DNA of 59,115 bases, filler included, from Platydemus manokwari (lineage: Eukaryota): NCBI GenBank assembly GCA_037951405.1. It is 6 parts of 6 records of this genome, joined end to end, with 100 filler letters (N's around TTAATTAATTAA, not from the genome) between each part and the next. Parts side by side here need not be neighbours in the genome. Positions count along the whole stretch, not along the records: positions 49,735 to 59,115 come from JBBMOY011256430.1; 5 more parts are not named here. One strand, given 5' to 3'. The notes beneath the pieces were generated by a model that saw only the letters and a program-made list of their open reading frames with translations, was not told the origin of the DNA and ran no database searches. Shown here piece by piece: positions 52,551-59,115 of this stretch; the stretch's first letter is position 1; each line of letters opens with the position of its first letter. A program made the position numbers and the translations under genes.

Positions 52551-55500
52551 GCATTTCGGTATTTTCTGCAGATCATTATTTTGTTTTTATTAATTTTTGA
52601 TTTTTTTTTCGAGTGAATTAGTCGATAGGTATTATTATTAGAATTATCCCCAAACAATTTTTGATGAAATCCATTGATTAATATAATATAATAACTTTGC
52701 AATGAAAAACTCAGTGATTTCAGTGTCAATATTTTCGGGGGTCTTTAGTAAAATTAAATGATATTGAGATAAACTATTGATCTCATGGTGCTGAGAGCAT
52801 CAATTAAGTTGAGTGGTTTTTATCGATCGTTTCTAGTAGTTATAGTAGAATGCTTTAGTAAAATTTCTGGTGATTTAACTGGATGGAATTAATAAATTTA
52901 TGATTCCCATTTGATCAATTATGGATTTCCCATCAATGAAACAATAAATGACCGTAATCTTTAACATCCACGAGTTTTCTTCACTCCTATCAGAAAATAA
53001 TTGTTAATATTAGCTGTCTTTTTTATTTCCACCCAATCAATTTTTCTGTTTAGCTCAATTTTCAAAATAACTAAATATTTAATGAGAAAATATTGTTCAC
53101 TTTAATCTGTTGTAACACCTTTGGTGTAAATGAAAATTATATAATTATCGGTGTCATTGAAAGAGAAATTGTAACTCCTCAATACAAAAATATGTAATAT
53201 ATCAGACAATTTGAAAATTGAAGTAATTTTTGATTTGATCCCAATTTCAATGGTTGAACACTACAATTACATAAGAGACTGTTATTTAATCCTTCAATAC
53301 TATCAAGAAAGAAATTGAAATATTATCAATTTGAGTCGTTAATATAACTGTCGAGACGATTTCTTTCCTGGATTTATGAAAATTCTGGTGTTGTGCATTG
53401 TATTTTCCCACTAAAATTTAATCGATATGATAAGGATTAAATTGGATTTTTATATTTTGTAGCGTATTTGAAAATTATTATCTTCCTATCAGATATTTAT
53501 CAATAATTTCAATGAAAATCATTATTTTTTATTGACGTTCAAGCAAACCAATGAAAACCACTGATGTACACTCGATCTATCACATTACAGCTAAATAGCT
53601 AACATTGATTTATGTGGCAAATAAAAAGAATTTCAACGAGACTGGGAATTTGCTGATATAAATATTTGTTTTCTTTTAATGGGCATATTTGGTTGGAATT
53701 TCAGCAACATGTTTTATAGTAATGAAAGCAAAAAACATATAAAATATGATTAACAAGTATCTGTTGTTTTACATGGACAGACTTTTGATAAAGGTCTTTA
53801 GTTTTTTTTTTATTTTCAATTGAGCTTTTTTATTTTTATTAAATTAAATTAATTTTTTAACAAAATTACCGAATTCTTAAGATGCCTTTTAGTTGTAGAT
53901 AAAAAAGGGCAAAATGTTTCATGAAAAAATTGCGTTTGAAATGAAAAATATCATATGTTGACATCGAAGAAAAAAAATTAAAGCAAAATAAGAAAGAAAC
54001 GTTTGAATTGTGTTTATGTGGGTAGGAATAATTTATTGATGTGTACTCCCCACTTTAATTGTGGGATTCCTATTAAATTGGACGAAATTGTTTGTAATAA
54101 TCATGTAATATTTTCATTAAAATCTTCAGATACGATTACTGTGATTTTGTCACGATATATTGGTTTAGTATTCAAACCAATGTATACACCAAATTGTCTT
54201 TGAAATTTCTATTGAAGGTTTCAATTTCTTTTCCTATTATTTCAATGTCTAGTTTATTTTTTGATTATTTATTCTTCTGTATCATCTTCAGTCATCATTT
54301 ATCAAGCTGTCAATAATTTTCACGGTGTTTGTGGCTCCGCCAAATGTCGTTTTTCTATTACCGTCTAATTCTTCTAGTGTTTTTTTTTTAAATTTAAATT
54401 ATCTATTTTTTATAAGTCTGCCTGAAATAATTTTCAATTGAAAATTCATCTTTGATTTCATCATTAGAAGATTCTGAAATGAATCTATATAATTAATCGT
54501 GAAGATGGCTTAACTTATCCGTTAAATATTTTCTAACAAATGTTCCATCATTCCAAAATTACCCGAGCCTTTTTCATGGATTTCATGAATCATATTATTA
54601 TTGATATTTCCTAGTTGAACAGTCTCTTTCTTTTAACAAAATCGATATTTTTTGGACATAATATTACCTAATTAATTTCGTCTAATATGTTTAAAGACAT
54701 TTCATTCACCTTCAAAATCACATGTTGTAGATATTTATAATATTTATTAACAAATATGAAGTCTCAAAACTTCCAAATGTGATTTTTAAATCCATCTTTG
54801 GAGTTATAATTGATAATTACGAAGCATTTTGAGACTGGTTCTCTAATAGACTCTCTACTCTGAAATAATTGGGTTAAATTCCAGAAAATGCTGTAATAAA
54901 ATTCTTGTATCGTTTTATTAACATTTTAATAATTCCAAAATAGTTATCCATTGATCCTATCCATCAATTTATCACATATTTCAATATCGAACCTATTTAA
55001 CGAAGATTTTTAGCTCGTTCATAGAAGACAATAACATTTATTGACATCATATATTTGTTTCAAAATTAGTTAGGATTGGTTAATGGGATTTCATGATGAT
55101 TATTGTTGATATAGCTACTACTGAAATGTAAACAGAATTTATTAGTAGTATTTTAATAATATTTATATAATGATTGGTCATGGAAACTTGCTCATTTTGA
55201 AATGATTTTGAAATGATTTTATCAAGTTATTGTTGGATCAAGATCAGTTTGATATTGATTAAATAAAATGGAGAAAATAAAATCATTTATGGTTGTTAAG
55301 TAGATTTCCTTTCATAGAAATAGAATCTCCCAATCAATTAGATAGGAATAATTTAAATCTCATGGACTTCTATTCATAATTCATAACTTAGACTACTTTA
55401 ATTATTGATAATAAATATTCATATCAACCGATTTATTAAATTTTATTGGTCTTGGCTATTTTTTCGCAAAGAATTTTCTCAAAAATGAAAACGATGAATT

Positions 55501-58500
55501 TCCTGTTTCTGTATAAAAAAAATGAAAAATTGCTTCAAAACAAACTTTGCCTTGAATTCAATGGCTATAATTAATTTAAATGAGCTGAAATATTTTATGA
55601 TTTTATATTCACATATCATTATTTCAGTTATTTGTTTTGTTTTGAATTCTGTGAATAAAATACAGGTCTGAATGGGAAAAAAGATTGTTTGCTTGTTAGT
55701 TTGCTCTCTAAATATTTCTTTCCTCTATAATTGAAGTTACGCCCTTCATATAAATTTGATGTCTAATATTATTAATTAGTTCGATATTTATATTTATATC
55801 TATGGAGAAAGCAGATTCCGGTGAATAGAATAATGCGAAACAAGGGAATTTTGTTTAATGTATAACAACGGGGTTTACTCTATAAGCTATATAATAGTGT
55901 TTAATAATTTATGTAAAAATTGTTTTTCTGATAGATTTCAGATCTGCAGATAAAGATTTCTGGTGTAAATAATTCATGAAATTGTAAAATATTTTTTGGA
56001 ATTTTACCGTACAGATATAACTCTATAATAAGCATGTTTTCCGATTTGTTTATTTTGAGGTGGCAACAAAAATATTTGTATAAAGATAACTAATTATAAG
56101 GAATAATTTTTGATAAAAAAATTTGATATCGAATAAACTATTAAATTATTAATGGATTATTATAATAATTATTGTTATTATTATAACTGTAAAGGAGAAT
56201 ATGCTTATATGAAATCAAAAACCAATTACAACAGATGCTCGTGGTGGATGTGAGTGAAACGAAAACGGGTTCAAACCCACTAATAAAATAATTATTAAGT
56301 GTTGCATTCGATGTCTTACCCAGTACCTGTGAGTAGAAAGGACTACGAAATATATCAATCATCGGACTGCTTGTTAGAATCTTCAGTGATTTGAGAACTT
56401 AACCGTTCCCGTCACTATTTGAAGGTATAATCCTAATCTTCAAAGCAAAGATAAATTGAAAAATAAGATCTTTAATTTACACAAACACATATTGGCATCC
56501 GAGGAGAGGCCTAACAAAGTTCGTTCTTCCATCGGCATATCCATCCATGTTAATGTGAGGTTTCATTGGTCTCATAATTTACGAGTAAAATTCATATTGC
56601 GTTTGTAGGCATATCTATTCATTTCCATTAATATGCGTTGATGTATAATTGAGAACAAAATTTTGTAAATTTAATTTAATTTTTTAAATATTAAGATTCT
56701 GATACTGGTCAATGAAAATATCATGATTATGTCCATTTATTGAGTACAAGATAACGATTGTAAAATATTCCATTTATCATCTTTTCTGATTTTTACCGGC
56801 CAACTGAGCTCTATATTTTCAGATATTTGCTATTTCCGAACCAATCCATGTCAATAATGGTGGAGAACTTCCAGTAAACGCGTCAGATACATTGAATAAA
56901 AACCAATATTTATATGACAATCGTATTCCAATCGGATTAGCTTCATTGGTGATGGCGTATTCAATGTATCGAATATGTATGGCTCTTAATGGTGTCAAGC
57001 GAGGCAGATTTTTTACGAGAAAAGTTACTTTATGTTTTTCTATTTCTATTAATAACTTGGGCTTTTTGTAAAATGTGCTGAAAATTTCATTCTAATAATA
57101 TATTTTCCACAAACATTGCACAGAAATATTTAAAGTTGAAATTGATTCATTTGTTTCGAAATATTTTTGTGGGAATCTTTTTAAATAAAACCATATGCAT
57201 AATATAAAACCAGAATTGACAAATCTGTATTATTTAAGTTTGTTGCTTATATGACTTTATAAATAAATTATAAAATTGGCGTTATGGGGTTTATTAAACA
57301 AAAACTCTTAAAACCACTATGAGAATTTAAAATGAATTAAAATTTTAAAAAAAATTAAAATCTGAATTTTATACAATATTAATTTATTGGAATAATTGTA
57401 GTGAAAATATAATTTGATGTCGCGACTTTTCAGTTCGTTTTCGATGCGTGTTTTATAAAATAATAGCGCGTTCCATGGCGACCATGCATTTGGATTCAAT
57501 TCTATATAAAATAGTAGCGGCTTACAAGTTTAAAATATAATTACTTATTATTTAATAGTCTGGGATGAAATCTCGATACCTCTTTCATTCTTCCTCCACT
57601 GACTTATTGTGAAAGATCAACTCTAAGTGATCTGTTACTGCTGACAATAGGATATTTTTACAATATATATTCATGTGGCACAGTGTAAAGATTTAGCAAA
57701 TATATATAATGCTTTTCATACACATCAGATTAATTATTAAAAGACCATCAATGATTTATATAATATTTACTTTGAAAAACGATTTGAAATTTCGAACGAT
57801 AAATTACGTGTTTATTTCGATACCTTAGAGATTATCATTGATTAAAAGGAATTATATCCGAAATAAGAAGTATTATATAATCTATAAAATTATGATTGGA
57901 AATTTTCCTTTTAGAAGATCCATCCCATTAACTTAACTCTGGTTTTACCACGTACTGGCTCACATCCCTTGTCGATAGTTAAATTGTTGGTTAAAACGTG
58001 GAAAGATAACTTCCAAAACACATTCCAAATTGTATCCTATAAATGAAATCGTAACAATGTTTCTATATTCCATCCCAAGCAAGAGTCATTATTAGTTCAT
58101 CTCGATTGTATATCTTTCATTATTTGTATATACTGACATAAATAAATTGTTGTTGCTTAGAATAATAACATAACATTAAACTGCTTCTTATCTTCTAAAA
58201 TCTCTATTTATATTTGCTCCTTTGCATTTTCACCTGTCGGCCTGTTTTGCAGATAAATGATGCATTCTATCACAGACTTATTGAGCGCGTAGATCAATTA
58301 AAGAAATTATTTCAACATATTGTCGAAATTATTTTTTATCTCAAATATATTTGTAGTTGTACATATTTACGACTTCGATGATAATCGTCATTTTTGTTTG
58401 TTAGACAGTATGTTGCTGTGTGGGATTTATTTTAAAAAGATTAGAAAAATTGATATTTCCTCATGATTTTTATTGATAAAATATCATTATTATTAGTGTT

Positions 58501-58999
58501 GTAAACGTCATATCAAGATTAGAAATCTTTAAAACGTTTTCTGGTTAAAGATTGAATTATCTCGCTTTAAAAATTTGTGATTGGCCAATGTATTCAAAAT
58601 TGTTAAGGTTTGTGGATTATCGTGGGACAAAACATGATGTGCTTTTCTAAATCTTTAAACTGATAAAAATAACGAATGAAACCCTTGCAAATTCTGCTTG
58701 CAATTATCCTTAAGTAATATTAATGTCAATATCGATTGTTTCGCATTAAATTGTTTTTGCATTTCATTGCATTACAAAATTAATGTACCGCAGCATTATA
58801 ATATAAATAAATGAAATATGTGTTTGGAACTCGTATTAATTCATTTAATATAACTTTCTTTTAAGTTTTGATTGGCTTTTGACTCAAAGACGTAAATTTT
58901 AGCTACAACTATTTCATTAAATATGAATTGAAAATGATTTAAGAAATTCAAATTGAAAAATCCTTTTAATCATATGGTTAAACAAGTTATTGATGATTT

Positions 59000-59115
59000 G
59001 GCTAAAGTTAAGAAATGGAGTCCTAAAATATTTTTTTTAATTTGTTGAGTGTATTGCAAAAATCTATATAGTTTATTAAATTATATTCTTTAAAAACATT
59101 TTAAAGTTTTTTAAG
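59000..59115 (+). mobile_element. GGC-ended MITE family copy 5 (runs off the window)
   Basis: GGCTAAAGTTAAGAAATGGAGTCCTAAAATA...TTTGTTGAGTGTATTGCAAAAATCTATATAGTT. Confidence 0.8.

Noticed and set aside
1-59115. Prokaryotic systems (operons, CRISPR, defence islands) and tRNA/rRNA genes
   Set aside because: The sequence is intron-containing eukaryotic DNA; I recognised no repeat-spacer array, tRNA or rRNA signature.

Overview
AT-rich eukaryotic (metazoan) DNA, most consistent with a triclad planarian draft assembly. That is an inference from the ~45-50-nt introns, (AAT)n microsatellites and a flatworm-type rhodopsin GPCR. The window is not one locus: it is six contigs (1-10897, 10998-20025, 20126-28856, 28957-37827, 37928-49634, 49735-59115) joined by an artificial 100-nt spacer, N44-TTAATTAATTAA-N44, so adjacency across spacers carries no biological meaning. 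Host genes I could reconstruct: an 11-exon tandem-KIND (KNDC1/very-KIND-like) gene on the minus strand that stops just after a REM-like motif; the 5' part of an SLC3A2/4F2hc-like heavy chain gene with a probable GC-AG intron; the 5' part of a KCNQ1-like K+ channel; an intronless class A GPCR; and a decayed multi-pass membrane gene. The rest is a transposon graveyard: mauritiana-type mariner, DUF4817 Tc1/mariner, pogo, hAT, a recurrent GGC-ended MITE, Ty3/gypsy, an R2/NeSL-like LINE and a Polinton/adintovirus PolB. The most unusual items are a decayed intronless ORF carrying a REX4/ISG20-like DEDDh exonuclease behind its own CCAAT-TATA-Inr promoter, the apparently GEF-less double-KIND protein, the Polinton remnant, and insect-like mariner fragments. 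I do not see an intact novel multi-gene system; all family calls are motif recognition by eye and need HMM/BLAST confirmation.
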